Origin: an uncultured Rhodospirillaceae bacterium
GTDB taxonomy: Bacteria > Pseudomonadota > Alphaproteobacteria > MPNO01 > UBA2964
Assembly: GCA_964477025.1 (NCBI GenBank)
Contig: CAYZDH010000003.1
Coordinates: 1 to 42,511, forward strand
DNA length: 42,511 nucleotides
Reading direction: 5' to 3'
Of this stretch, positions 8,742 through 17,958 are shown piece by piece. The notes under the pieces are model-generated. The model was not told the DNA's origin, did not search any database, and worked only from the letters and a program-made list of their open reading frames with translations. The translations under genes and the position numbers were made by a program. Position 1 is the first letter of the stretch; each line of letters starts with the position of its first letter.

Positions 8742-9734
8742 TTAAAGCTTGAAGTGGTGTCGAACTTCTTCGGGGAATAATTCTTCTACTTCGAGTTTCC
8801 TGTGTAAGGTCCCCTGCTCGTATCCAAACTGAAGGAACGCTTCCAGCGTCTTGCGGTTCGATTCAATTCCATAGGGCCACTGTTCTTTCCCAAACATTTT
8901 CCGGTTGTTTTCGAGACCATCATAATATGACCAGGCGAAGGGGAGTTGAGATACGGTAAAGTTTGCGATTCTTTGAAAGCTACGCTCTTTGGCTTCCTCA
9001 AATGCGGTCATCATGTTTTGGGCAATCCAAGGCTCTTTCTCAAAAATATCACGGCGGATCGCGATCGTGTGCATGATCGGAAAAATACCCGTTTCATTGA
9101 AGTAGTCTTCCTCTTCTTTCCGATAATTTGGGTAGAGCTGGGAGACGCGTGGATCTCCGGCAAGAAACTCTCTGGGCGGGCGGGCTGAAAAGGCTGCATC
9201 CAGATCACCGTCAAACATCATCTGCATCAGTGATCTATCTGTTACAATAGTGAGGTCAATATCGTCAGGAAGGTTTAACTTAGAGGCTTCCTGACGTCCC
9301 GGGTCATTAATACCTGATTGAAACCAAGTTGCACTTTTGAGCGGTACCCCTCCGGTATGTTCCATCCATCCTCGCGTATAAATTCCGGCTGTCTGGCCCC
9401 ACTCTGGAACACCTATCCGCTTGCCTTTTAAATCGGCTGCGGTTTTGATTGGACCATCCTTGAGCATGTAAATCGACGAGTGACGGAAAACGCGTGACGG
9501 AAAAATTGGGATCAAGACAAAGGGGGCATCGCCGCGTGAAATCCACGAGGTACTCATGCCCATCGAAATTTCAGAGATATGCCATTCCTGGCTAAACAGA
9601 AAGCGATGAAAGATCTCTTCAGGTCCATGATTAATCACAGTGAGGTCAATTCCTTCAGGCTTCACGCTACCGTTTGCCATATCCTGAACATGATCATATT
9701 GGTTTATCGCCATGGTCAGTTTGATGTCCGCCAT
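8742..9734 (-). CDS. 4,5-dihydroxyphthalate decarboxylase (PhtD/OphC) family protein, PBP2 fold
   Basis: PEEIFHR, IPIFPSRVFRHSSIY, DLKGKRIGVPEWGQTA, TGIFPIMH, WPYGIESNRKTLE; no signal peptide. Confidence 0.82.
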   Translation of the reverse strand: MADIKLTMAINQYDHVQDMANGSVKPEGIDLTVINHGPEEIFHRFLFSQEWHISEISMGMSTSWISRGDAPFVLIPIFPSRVFRHSSIYMLKDGPIKTAADLKGKRIGVPEWGQTAGIYTRGWMEHTGGVPLKSATWFQSGINDPGRQEASKLNLPDDIDLTIVTDRSLMQMMFDGDLDAAFSARPPREFLAGDPRVSQLYPNYRKEEEDYFNETGIFPIMHTIAIRRDIFEKEPWIAQNMMTAFEEAKERSFQRIANFTVSQLPFAWSYYDGLENNRKMFGKEQWPYGIESNRKTLEAFLQFGYEQGTLHRKLEVEELFPEEVRHHFKL

Positions 9735-9794
9735 TTTAATCTCCGTAATTTTAGTTTTGTGTCCCGCGTTTGTACCGGACCACGCTGAAAAGCG

Positions 9795-12116
9795 CTAGGG
9801 TAACTGGGACTTTTTGATTGTTTCCCATATGCGTTGTGCTGTCGCTGGCATTTCTATGTCCGTGACACCTAACGGCCCTAGAGCATCCAAAATAGCACTA
9901 ATCACTGCCGGCGTGGCGCCTACTGTCCCACCTTCGCCAGCCCCTTTTACCCCAATGGGGTTGGACTGACACGGAACCTCGTGAAAAGCCATTTCAAACG
10001 ATGGTAGCGTATCCGCGAAAGGCATCGCATAGTCCATCAGTGACCCCGTAACCAACTGCCCAGAATTTTCATCGAAGACAACATCTTCTGTCAGGGCCTG
10101 TCCGACACCTTGGGCTATGCCCCCATGAATTTGTCCGTCGGCAAGCATTGGGTTGATAACGACACCAATATCGTCAACGACAGCATATTTATCGAGAACC
10201 AGCGTGCCTGTTTCTGGGTCAATGTCGACCTCGCAAATATGGCATCCATTTGGGAAGCTAGGCTGAAGTGCGGCGTAAGCCCCGGTACCATCAAGGCCAA
10301 CGCCGAGTTCTGAAGGTATCCCAGAAGGCCTAAAGGATGCCTTTGCAATCTCGGTGATTGGCATTGACCGGTCCGTGCCGGCTATTGTGAAAATGCCATC
10401 GAGGAACTCGATGTCATTGACATCAGCTTCCATGAGGTGGGCGGCAAACTTTTTACCATTCTCGATTACGGCATCGGCAGCATGCCGCATGGCGCTCCCG
10501 CCTAGAACCATACTCCGCGACGCCACGGTACCTCTTCCGGCAGCAACGCTTGTGGTGTCTCCTTGTTCAAGTTGGATGGTGTCGAAGGGGATACCCAGCC
10601 AGTCTGAAACCATCTGCGCGTAAACCGTCGCATGCCCTTGGCCATGACTAAAAGTTCCAGCGAAAATAGTACAGGACCCGCTAGGATCAAATTGGATGTC
10701 AGCGCGTTCATTAAAATTTCCACAGTCATCAATATAGTAGGAGATACCAATACCGCGCTTGAGGCCCTTTTTCTCACTTGCGGCCTTCCTTTTCGAAAAC
10801 CCAGTCCAATCTGCAAGCCCCAGGCACTTCTCCATTACCCCTACAAAGTCACCCGAGTCATATATGAACCGTGTATCAGTCGTGTAGGGAAGGGCACTTG
10901 GTGCGATCATGTTCCGTCGGCGCAACTCAACGCGGTCTATACCAGTAGCAATCGCGGCCTTGTCTATCAGTCGCTCTATTGCATAAATGCCTTCCGGCCT
11001 CCCAGCGCCCCTGTAGGCTGAGGTTGGTGTCGTGTTGGTGAAGACGTGACGGCTAGAGATATCAATTTCCGGTATGTCATACACTGAGGTTGCAATACGT
11101 AATGAAAAGACCGCTGGAATGTACCCTGACCCCGGAACATAGGCGCCGGCGTTTTGCATCGCCCTCCAACGCAGTGCGATAAACTTGCCGTCTTTATCGA
11201 GTGCGAGTGACCCTTCAAGAATTTGGTCGCGTCCTTGGTTATCAGTCAGCATGGCTTCCGACCGGTCGCCAATCCACTTGACCGGTCGTCCTACCCTTTT
11301 TGAAGCCCAAAGCACTAAACCATCTTCGGGGTAGGTGGCGCCCTTCATACCAAAGCCGCCCCCAACATCCTTAGAAATAACGCGCAGCCGAGACTCCGGG
11401 ATTTTTAAAACATGCGCAGCGATAGAACTCCGCGTCATATGTGGGCCCTGCCCGCTACTATAAAGAGTATAGCGGTCGTCGGCTTCGTTGTAGTCACCTA
11501 TTGTGCCGCGTGGCTCAATAGAGACGCATGCCAATCGGTTGTTTCTGAGTTTCACCTCAACGATGTGAGCGGATTGCTCAAACGCTTTAGCACTTGCCCT
11601 TTCATCACCAAAATGAATTTCGGTTGCAATATTTTTGGCGGCACCCTCGTGGATCAAGGCAGCACCTTGGGAGACCGCCGCCTCTACTGTCATTATGGCA
11701 TCCCGGGTTTGCATAGTCGCAGTGACTAATGCCGCAGCGTCGCGTGCTTGTCTTTCTGTTTCCGCGATGACTAGGGCAATCCGTTCCCCACAAAACCTTA
11801 CTATATCATACACGATGATTGGCTGTTCGGTTTGAAACCCTTCCGATAACCCCATCATCTGGGGTAAATAATTTGGCGGGATGCCGCCGATTTCATCATC
11901 CCGAGCATCGGCGCCAGTGAGGACTGCGATCACGCCGGGAGCTTCTTCCGCACCCTGGGTATCTATCGCGGAGATAATAGCATTGGGCACCTGAGCATAA
12001 ACTATAGCTGCGTGCGCCATGTGAGGTAGGTTAATATCGTCTACGTAGGTGCCACGCCCAGTTAAAAAACGAGGGTCTTCAGTTCTCGGTACAGATTGCC
12101 CCACACCAAATTTCAT
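9795..12116 (-). CDS. Xanthine dehydrogenase family molybdopterin-binding subunit (CoxL form II-like)
   Basis: GQSVPRTEDPRFLTGRGTYVDD, DVGGGFGMK, AYRGAGRPE, SHGQGHAT, GQIHGGIAQG, KGAGEGG. Confidence 0.9.
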   Translation of the reverse strand: MKFGVGQSVPRTEDPRFLTGRGTYVDDINLPHMAHAAIVYAQVPNAIISAIDTQGAEEAPGVIAVLTGADARDDEIGGIPPNYLPQMMGLSEGFQTEQPIIVYDIVRFCGERIALVIAETERQARDAAALVTATMQTRDAIMTVEAAVSQGAALIHEGAAKNIATEIHFGDERASAKAFEQSAHIVEVKLRNNRLACVSIEPRGTIGDYNEADDRYTLYSSGQGPHMTRSSIAAHVLKIPESRLRVISKDVGGGFGMKGATYPEDGLVLWASKRVGRPVKWIGDRSEAMLTDNQGRDQILEGSLALDKDGKFIALRWRAMQNAGAYVPGSGYIPAVFSLRIATSVYDIPEIDISSRHVFTNTTPTSAYRGAGRPEGIYAIERLIDKAAIATGIDRVELRRRNMIAPSALPYTTDTRFIYDSGDFVGVMEKCLGLADWTGFSKRKAASEKKGLKRGIGISYYIDDCGNFNERADIQFDPSGSCTIFAGTFSHGQGHATVYAQMVSDWLGIPFDTIQLEQGDTTSVAAGRGTVASRSMVLGGSAMRHAADAVIENGKKFAAHLMEADVNDIEFLDGIFTIAGTDRSMPITEIAKASFRPSGIPSELGVGLDGTGAYAALQPSFPNGCHICEVDIDPETGTLVLDKYAVVDDIGVVINPMLADGQIHGGIAQGVGQALTEDVVFDENSGQLVTGSLMDYAMPFADTLPSFEMAFHEVPCQSNPIGVKGAGEGGTVGATPAVISAILDALGPLGVTDIEMPATAQRIWETIKKSQLP

Positions 12117-12334
12117 CGGAAGAAACTCCTACTATTTACGCTTTTTATTTTAGCAAATTTTAGCGGACTCGAAATCCCTTACTAAGGTTATTCAGCAACA
12201 GTGAACTCGGTTCCAGATTGGTTCGGTAAAATAGAATTAAACTGACCTTAGCGGGATGACCACTTTCCAGCGAGGGGTCCTTGCAGGGAAACTTTAACCA
12301 GCGCACTATCTTGTTAGAATTCTGAGAGGTAGGC

Positions 12335-13153
12335 ATGGGTAAAACTAATAAAACCCAAGGTACAGAGATAGAAAAAGCTCCTGGGTTTGCAAAGAATCCG
12401 GATAAAATTCTTGAGTTTGAAGCTAGTCCTCGGCGCATTCGCATTAAATTTAATGAGAGGGTGGTAGTTGACTCCATTAATGTGATGCTCATGCGGGAGG
12501 GTGGGCATGTCCCTGTGCTCTATTTTCCAATGAAGGATGTTCAGATGGATTTATTTGTTCCTACACATCACTCGACGCATTGCGGGTATAAGGGGGACGC
12601 TTCCTATTGGACGATCTCGGTAGGAAATAGAACCGAAGAAAATGTGATGTGGTCCTATCGTAACCCATACTATGAGATGCTGAGCATCAAAGATTATGTA
12701 GCTCTATATTGGGATCGTATGGATGAATGGTGGGAAGAGGATGAACAAATATTTGGTCACGCCCGGGATCCAAAAAAGCGCCTCGATACGGTTCCCTCGC
12801 ATCGGCCGGTTAAAGTTGTACTAGGTGGTGAGGTTGTATCTCAAACAACTAGGGCGATCTTTGCATTTGAAGGAAACCACCCCTTGCGATTTTATATTCC
12901 CAAGTCTGATGTAAGGATGGACTTATTAACACCGACGGCAACAACTTCTGTATGCCCTTATAAGGGGCGCGCTGGTTACTTTGCAGCCATGATAAATGGA
13001 ACTGTCTATAACGATATCGCGTGGTGCTATTTCGAAACTCTGCCGGAGTGCCCACGCATCAAAGACCTTATCTGTTTCTTTAACGAGAATGTCGATGCTC
13101 TATTTCTAGATGGAAAAGAATTAGCCAAGCCAGAAACTAAATGGCGTAAATAG
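12335..13153 (+). CDS. Tandem DUF427 domain protein
   Basis: Two repeats with THCGYKGDASYW...WSY and SVCPYKGRAGYF...AWCY, joined by the GHARDP linker; GAGG RBS. Confidence 0.85.
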   Translation: MGKTNKTQGTEIEKAPGFAKNPDKILEFEASPRRIRIKFNERVVVDSINVMLMREGGHVPVLYFPMKDVQMDLFVPTHHSTHCGYKGDASYWTISVGNRTEENVMWSYRNPYYEMLSIKDYVALYWDRMDEWWEEDEQIFGHARDPKKRLDTVPSHRPVKVVLGGEVVSQTTRAIFAFEGNHPLRFYIPKSDVRMDLLTPTATTSVCPYKGRAGYFAAMINGTVYNDIAWCYFETLPECPRIKDLICFFNENVDALFLDGKELAKPETKWRK

Positions 13154-13157
13154 CAGA

Positions 13158-14204
13158 TTAAATTTTTGCTAGCTTTGGCATCACTTCTTCGTGGAACAGT
13201 TTAAAGGATCGCATTGCATCCTCAAGAGTCATTGAACCAAAGAATAAGTAAGCTAGAAGATAGTTAATCCCGAGCATACCTGCCTGCTGGGTGATTTCGG
13301 AGATGACAGTTTCGGGACTCCCGGCAATCACCATTCTGCTTTCCTCCCAACTTTCATAGGATATCCCGCGATGCACGTTCAGCCGCTTGGTGAACTCTGT
13401 ATCACCATGCCGCATTCGCAGCCAATTCAAGTTCCTTATGTGATGCTCGAGTGCAGGCTTGGCGACCCGACGCGCATCCTCATCGGTCTCTGCGACATAA
13501 ATATGACGTAGTTGGCCGATTGCCGCTCCGCCAGGGAATTCGCTTTTTGGCTGAGTGGGACCACCACGTTTCTTTAATGCAGCTATATAGGCATCGATAT
13601 TTTCCTTTGCTTCTGGAATAGGGCCATTAGAAGTGAAATGCATCCCTTGTTCGCCAGCCCATTTGGCGCCGACAGTGTTAGACGACCCGTACCAGTAAGG
13701 CGGTAACGGATCTTGATACGGGCGGAGTGACATCGGGACATCAGAATAAGAAAAATATTGCCCTTCATAACTAAAAACATCGTTGCCTAATGCCTTATTT
13801 AGGCAGGCGTAAGCATCAAAGAATATGTTTCGAGAGTCGTCATGATCAACTCGATGGAAATTTAGCTCAAAGGGAGATACCCCACGACCAACGCCAACCT
13901 CTAGCCGGCCTTTGCTGATGTGGTCCAACATGCAAATTTCTTCGGCAAGGCGGAGCGGTGTGTAAAGCGTTAAAAGGTATACTAACGGTCCTATATGAAT
14001 TTGTTTAGTGGCCCTGGCAACCATACTCAGATAAATGCTGGGTGCCGGACACATGTTCAGAGGTGAGGAGTGATGCTCTGCAACATGCAGGCAGTAAAAC
14101 CCGGCTCTGTCTGCCGCCTGCACAAATTCAATACGTTCGTCAAACTGCTGTGCTAGCGGACGGTCGTCGGCGCGGTCAATGTGATCAAACAGCCCAAATT
14201 TCAT
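13158..14204 (-). CDS. LLM class (luciferase-like) flavin-dependent oxidoreductase
   Basis: MKFGLFDH, VAEHH, PLRLAEEICMLDHISKGRLEVGVGRG, AGSPETV, FHEEVMP. Confidence 0.9.
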   Translation of the reverse strand: MKFGLFDHIDRADDRPLAQQFDERIEFVQAADRAGFYCLHVAEHHSSPLNMCPAPSIYLSMVARATKQIHIGPLVYLLTLYTPLRLAEEICMLDHISKGRLEVGVGRGVSPFELNFHRVDHDDSRNIFFDAYACLNKALGNDVFSYEGQYFSYSDVPMSLRPYQDPLPPYWYGSSNTVGAKWAGEQGMHFTSNGPIPEAKENIDAYIAALKKRGGPTQPKSEFPGGAAIGQLRHIYVAETDEDARRVAKPALEHHIRNLNWLRMRHGDTEFTKRLNVHRGISYESWEESRMVIAGSPETVISEITQQAGMLGINYLLAYLFFGSMTLEDAMRSFKLFHEEVMPKLAKI

Positions 14205-14207
14205 GTT

Positions 14208-14804
14208 TTATTCCGAATGTTTTCCAACTTGCCAGCCAGAAGCTGCAAGATGCCGTGTCGCGAAGTCGAGTGGCTCCTGCTCGAGATTTGTTGCTAGGGT
14301 ATCGTTGAACCGGTTTAGCCAACCAAATAGGCAGATGACCCCGACGATCTCAATGATTTGGTCGTCGTCGAAGTAGTTCTTTAGGTTTTTGATATCGGCG
14401 TCCGACACCATATTAGGAGTGGCGCCAGCTCCCTGAGCAACGTTAAGCGCCGCTTTTTCTGCATCACTGAAAAGGTCGCTGCGTTCATATTCAAATATAG
14501 CATCAATTTTTTCTTCGGTTTTACTCTTTGATTTGTTGGCTGAACCAGCAGTATGAGCCATGCAGTACTGGCAGCCTGCCGCCTGGCTTGCGATATGAGC
14601 GACCAACCATTTTAGGTCTTGAGGTACGCGTCCTGGGACACCCACTACTTCTCGTGATAGTCGTGAAAAGGCTCGCAACATTTCTGGACGGCGTCCCATA
14701 AGAAAGAAGCTATTTGGCACGAATCCTAGTGCTTGTTCCGCCCGTTCAAAAACATCCTCTAAATCTGATAATTCTTCCCGACTTTTAGGTGTTACACGAG
14801 GCAT
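14208..14804 (-). CDS. AhpD/carboxymuconolactone decarboxylase family protein (CxxC)
   Basis: LGFVPNS, ASQAAGCQYCMAH, NRFNDTLA; 3 bp upstream of the LLM gene (operon). Confidence 0.85.
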   Translation of the reverse strand: MPRVTPKSREELSDLEDVFERAEQALGFVPNSFFLMGRRPEMLRAFSRLSREVVGVPGRVPQDLKWLVAHIASQAAGCQYCMAHTAGSANKSKSKTEEKIDAIFEYERSDLFSDAEKAALNVAQGAGATPNMVSDADIKNLKNYFDDDQIIEIVGVICLFGWLNRFNDTLATNLEQEPLDFATRHLAASGWQVGKHSE

Positions 14805-14833
14805 CTAATTTCTCCAAGGCAAACATTGATCTG

Positions 14834-14849
14834 ATCGTTATTATACGAT
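14834..14849. promoter_or_regulatory. Inverted repeat ATCGT-N6-ACGAT overlapping a minus-strand TATAAT; putative operator of the AhpD-LLM operon
   Basis: atcgttattatacgat, 30 bp upstream of the ATG at 14804; -35 element weak. Confidence 0.4.
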
Positions 14850-15041
14850 GCAACAAAAATTTAGGGCATACTATGGCTTCAACGCATATGGTAAAATAAC
14901 TTTGGTTCATAGACCAAGCTTGAAAGCCTAAATAGGAAAGATAAATAGTTGTCAGTAGGCAGGATCAGGAGCCCTTATTTGGCGTTTAAAGACTTAGCCC
15001 CGCTATCATCAAGAAAATTAGCATGAGGATCCTGAGAGATT

Positions 15042-15374
15042 ATGCCCTATATTGATGATGAAGACATTCGTCGTCTGACAGGAATGAAAGATAGTGCAGA
15101 GTATGAGCTTGATCTTTGCGGTCTTGATTTAGCACATTCAATTGCTAGCGTTGAACGAATGATTGAGCGCAGTCGTTTTCAAAAACCTCGTACGGTTATT
15201 ATCAAGATTGATCGAGCCACTGCGACTAGCGGCGAAACCTTTTTTCAGCCAATTGGGCGTCTCTTGATCCAAGCAATGAAGGAGGGGACAGTGCGGCAAT
15301 GCAGACCACATATGGAAACGGGTTCTGGTTATTGGGTGTCTCTGAAAGGCAATTTAAATTCGGAAAAATCCTGA
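15042..15374 (+). CDS. Small protein with a divergent Smr-like domain
   Basis: ELDLCGLDLAHSIASVERMI resembles LDLHG..EA...L..F; TVIIKI strand; C-terminal GSGYWVSL resembles G.GA..V.L; canonical IHGKG missing. Confidence 0.55.
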   Translation: MPYIDDEDIRRLTGMKDSAEYELDLCGLDLAHSIASVERMIERSRFQKPRTVIIKIDRATATSGETFFQPIGRLLIQAMKEGTVRQCRPHMETGSGYWVSLKGNLNSEKS

Positions 15375-15508
15375 CAGATGATTTTTATCGAGACGTCCAA
15401 TGATTTACGATATAAAACCCCACCTTAAATTATGTGGAACGTAATTTGATTAAATCCGAAACTTCATGCCTAAAATGATAAGTGTTCTTTAACCCTGGTA
15501 TCCATAAA

Positions 15509-15536
15509 AAACGGCCCCTCAGATGAGGGGCCGTTT
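15509..15536 (-). terminator. Rho-independent terminator of the tctC-like gene (possibly bidirectional)
   Basis: aaacggcccctc-agat-gaggggccgttt perfect stem, U-tract on the minus strand. Confidence 0.85.
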
Positions 15537-15557
15537 AATACTTATTAAACCCTTAAT

Positions 15558-16586
15558 TTAGGATTTCTTCTTTGTGAAGACCCGCGATTTAATCGCTTTG
15601 ATCACGTCTGGTGTAGCAGCATCAAAACCAGCTTTAATCAACTTGTTGATTTGTTTCGCTGTTACAGGTGAGTGCTCGACACGTCGTTTTACGATGTCTT
15701 CAATGAAACTTTTGTGAAACATCATCTCCGTGAAAGATTTTCTCAGAATTTTTACAACCTTTTTAGGCGTTCCAGGCGGAACATAAAACGCCTGTCCAAC
15801 TTTGAGGTTCATTCCAAGAACTTCATACATCTTAGCTTCCATCGAACCCGGTTTAAGAAGGTCGTCAAGACGTGGCACACCCTTCGCGTATTTGCTTGGG
15901 GATTTTGGACCATACATTATAACAGGTTTTACTAACCCCTTTGGAAGCCAGGTCGGACGAACTCCCGTGAAACCTGAAAGGAAGTTATTCCGGCCCATGG
16001 TCTCGCCTTTTTCGACAGACACATTCATACGCCCGCCGCCCTTGTAGCCATAGATCAACTGCATCTTTGTGCCGAGGGTGGCATTCACGAGGCGCGGAAA
16101 GATTGACCCTGAGGATGCAAAACCACTTGTTGCGATGGTTGTTGCTCTTGTTCTGAGTTCTTTCCAATCTTTTACTTTGTGTGTGTGCCAGAAAAATACA
16201 CCTGCCGCTCGTGCTGCAGGGGCGCCTAGCCAGTTAAATTTACGGGCGTCATAACGTACTTTTCTTACCATAGGAGTTGTAATGACACCGGGCGCAGCCA
16301 TCGCAATAAAGCTGCCGTCCTTAGGTGCAACATTCATCATATAGGCCGCAGATTTAGCTCCGCCCCCGCCAGGCATATTCTGGATAACTGTTTTAGGGTT
16401 ACCTGGAATAAAGCGCGCAATATTTCTTTGTACCAACTGGCAATAGACATGATAGGTGCCGCCAGAACCCGAAGGAACCTGCACCGTAATCTGTTTGCCG
16501 GCGAAATAATCTGCTGCCATCGTCGGGGCACTCATTACCGTGAGCGCAGCCGCAGCGGCAACAGTCAATTTTAAAGTTCTAATCAC
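15558..16586 (-). CDS. Bug/TctC family tripartite tricarboxylate transporter substrate-binding protein
   Basis: Signal peptide, YFAGKQITVQVPSGSGGTY, IPGNPKTVIQNMPGGGG, APKDG, GYKGGG, PPGTP; GTG start at 16586 behind a GGAGGAG RBS. Confidence 0.85.
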   Translation of the reverse strand: MIRTLKLTVAAAAALTVMSAPTMAADYFAGKQITVQVPSGSGGTYHVYCQLVQRNIARFIPGNPKTVIQNMPGGGGAKSAAYMMNVAPKDGSFIAMAAPGVITTPMVRKVRYDARKFNWLGAPAARAAGVFFWHTHKVKDWKELRTRATTIATSGFASSGSIFPRLVNATLGTKMQLIYGYKGGGRMNVSVEKGETMGRNNFLSGFTGVRPTWLPKGLVKPVIMYGPKSPSKYAKGVPRLDDLLKPGSMEAKMYEVLGMNLKVGQAFYVPPGTPKKVVKILRKSFTEMMFHKSFIEDIVKRRVEHSPVTAKQINKLIKAGFDAATPDVIKAIKSRVFTKKKS

Positions 16587-16792
16587 TATAAACTCCTCCC
16601 TGAATTGGACATTTAATAAAAGCCAAAAATTAAAGACGATAGACAAAAATCCTCTAAAGTCGAAAAAATGCTAGCATCTATAGTAAGGCACGTCGAATCG
16701 AATATTTATTACGAAACAAACTCTTAGTACAAAGAATAACGACTAAAAATCCCAACGCTTAGTTGAATGAAAATTCAATTAAAACGATTTCA

Positions 16793-16809
16793 AGCGTTTC
16801 CGATGCCAA
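16793..16809 (-). promoter_or_regulatory. Possible sigma54 (-24/-12) promoter for the tctC-like gene
   Basis: Minus strand TTGGCATCGGAAACGCT has correct GG-N10-GC spacing, but the -12 element is ACGC rather than TTGC. Confidence 0.3.
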
Positions 16810-17026
16810 TCCTAAAGAACTAACTTATAAAGGTTATAGGTCGCTTAACATATTTCAAATTAATATTTCTTATACCTTCGATTGATTTTATGAATATCTG
16901 AGGTTATCAGACTAATGACGGGATGTTGTGTTGTCGCCCGGAGAGACCTCCTAAGTAGACGAAATAATTAAAAATTTAAGTCTGAAAAATGAAAATATTG
17001 GTTGGGGTGGGCTAAATTTGGGATTT

Positions 17027-17626
17027 TTACAACAAGTTAAATGGAATTTGTGTCGGGCCATTATAGGTCGCAATGCTTCCGTTTTCTGAATTGTAGCGAA
17101 ATTGTTTAAACGTGCCTGACTTTTGGCTACGGACTATAAATCCAATAGTACGGTGGTCTCCATTTGTTTCTTGGTGAATTTCCCAGGGAGGCACCAAATC
17201 GATGTAGCCAGGTTTGACATCAAACTCACCGTTTAATTTTAGTTCGGCTGGGCCGCTGTCAGTAGGATTGTCGTCAACACGGCTGAAACGTTGGATATGC
17301 TCGCCCCCGTCAAGCACCCCATAAAGAGTCCAGCTTGGCCCATGATCGTGGACGTTGGTCACAGAATTGGGCCCTTTGACCAACGCGTTTAAAACAAAGC
17401 CGTGGTCGGGGTCTTCATAAAATAGAAGGTTTGATGGAGGGCCATCGCCTTGTTTTGTGTCAGGCCAGCTCTTCGATTGCTGAATGAGTGAGGGATTGGC
17501 TAGTAGAGTTTTCAGGTCCTCCGAAACGCTTTGCCATAAGTCTGCCCCTTCCTTACCATCTGCAAAATGCCCCCGTATTGCTTCAACGAAGTTCTGAATG
17601 GTCTCAGGAAGAGTGTTGGTTGGCAT
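17027..17626 (-). CDS. Cupin, cysteine/thiol dioxygenase-like (3-His)
   Basis: LFYEDPDHGFVLNAL, VHDHGPSWTLYGVLDGGE, WEIHQE; ATG at 17626 with GGAG RBS. Confidence 0.7.
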   Translation of the reverse strand: MPTNTLPETIQNFVEAIRGHFADGKEGADLWQSVSEDLKTLLANPSLIQQSKSWPDTKQGDGPPSNLLFYEDPDHGFVLNALVKGPNSVTNVHDHGPSWTLYGVLDGGEHIQRFSRVDDNPTDSGPAELKLNGEFDVKPGYIDLVPPWEIHQETNGDHRTIGFIVRSQKSGTFKQFRYNSENGSIATYNGPTQIPFNLL

Positions 17627-17958
17627 GTCTGCAAACTCCAATAGGCAAAATGAACCTAGAATGTTGTTTGGGTTCCTATAGCAACCCAAAATACCCAATA
17701 AGCAACAGTTTTGATAGGTGGAAACAACAGCCGTCGTTCATAGAAATACTAAGAGGTCGAAGTATTTTCAATTAATTAATTAATTTTTCCATGTTTTCTA
17801 GGGGTTTCAGGGTATTTTTTGAGAAATGCAGGCTTGCATTTCATAGCCGAGCCACGTAAACATACCGTCAAATTGGGCGCTCGACTTTTCGCTGCATTTA
17901 GAAAAAAGATAACGGATTTCGGGTATTTGACGATCACAGAACGGATTAGGAGATAAAA

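Noticed and set aside
9795-12116. Bona fide aerobic CO dehydrogenase (form I CoxL)
   Set aside because: Active-site loop is AYRGAGR, not AYxCSFR; no coxM, coxS or accessory genes
17768-17790. (AATT)n run
   Set aside because: Short low-complexity AT tract in a promoter region with no identifiable motif
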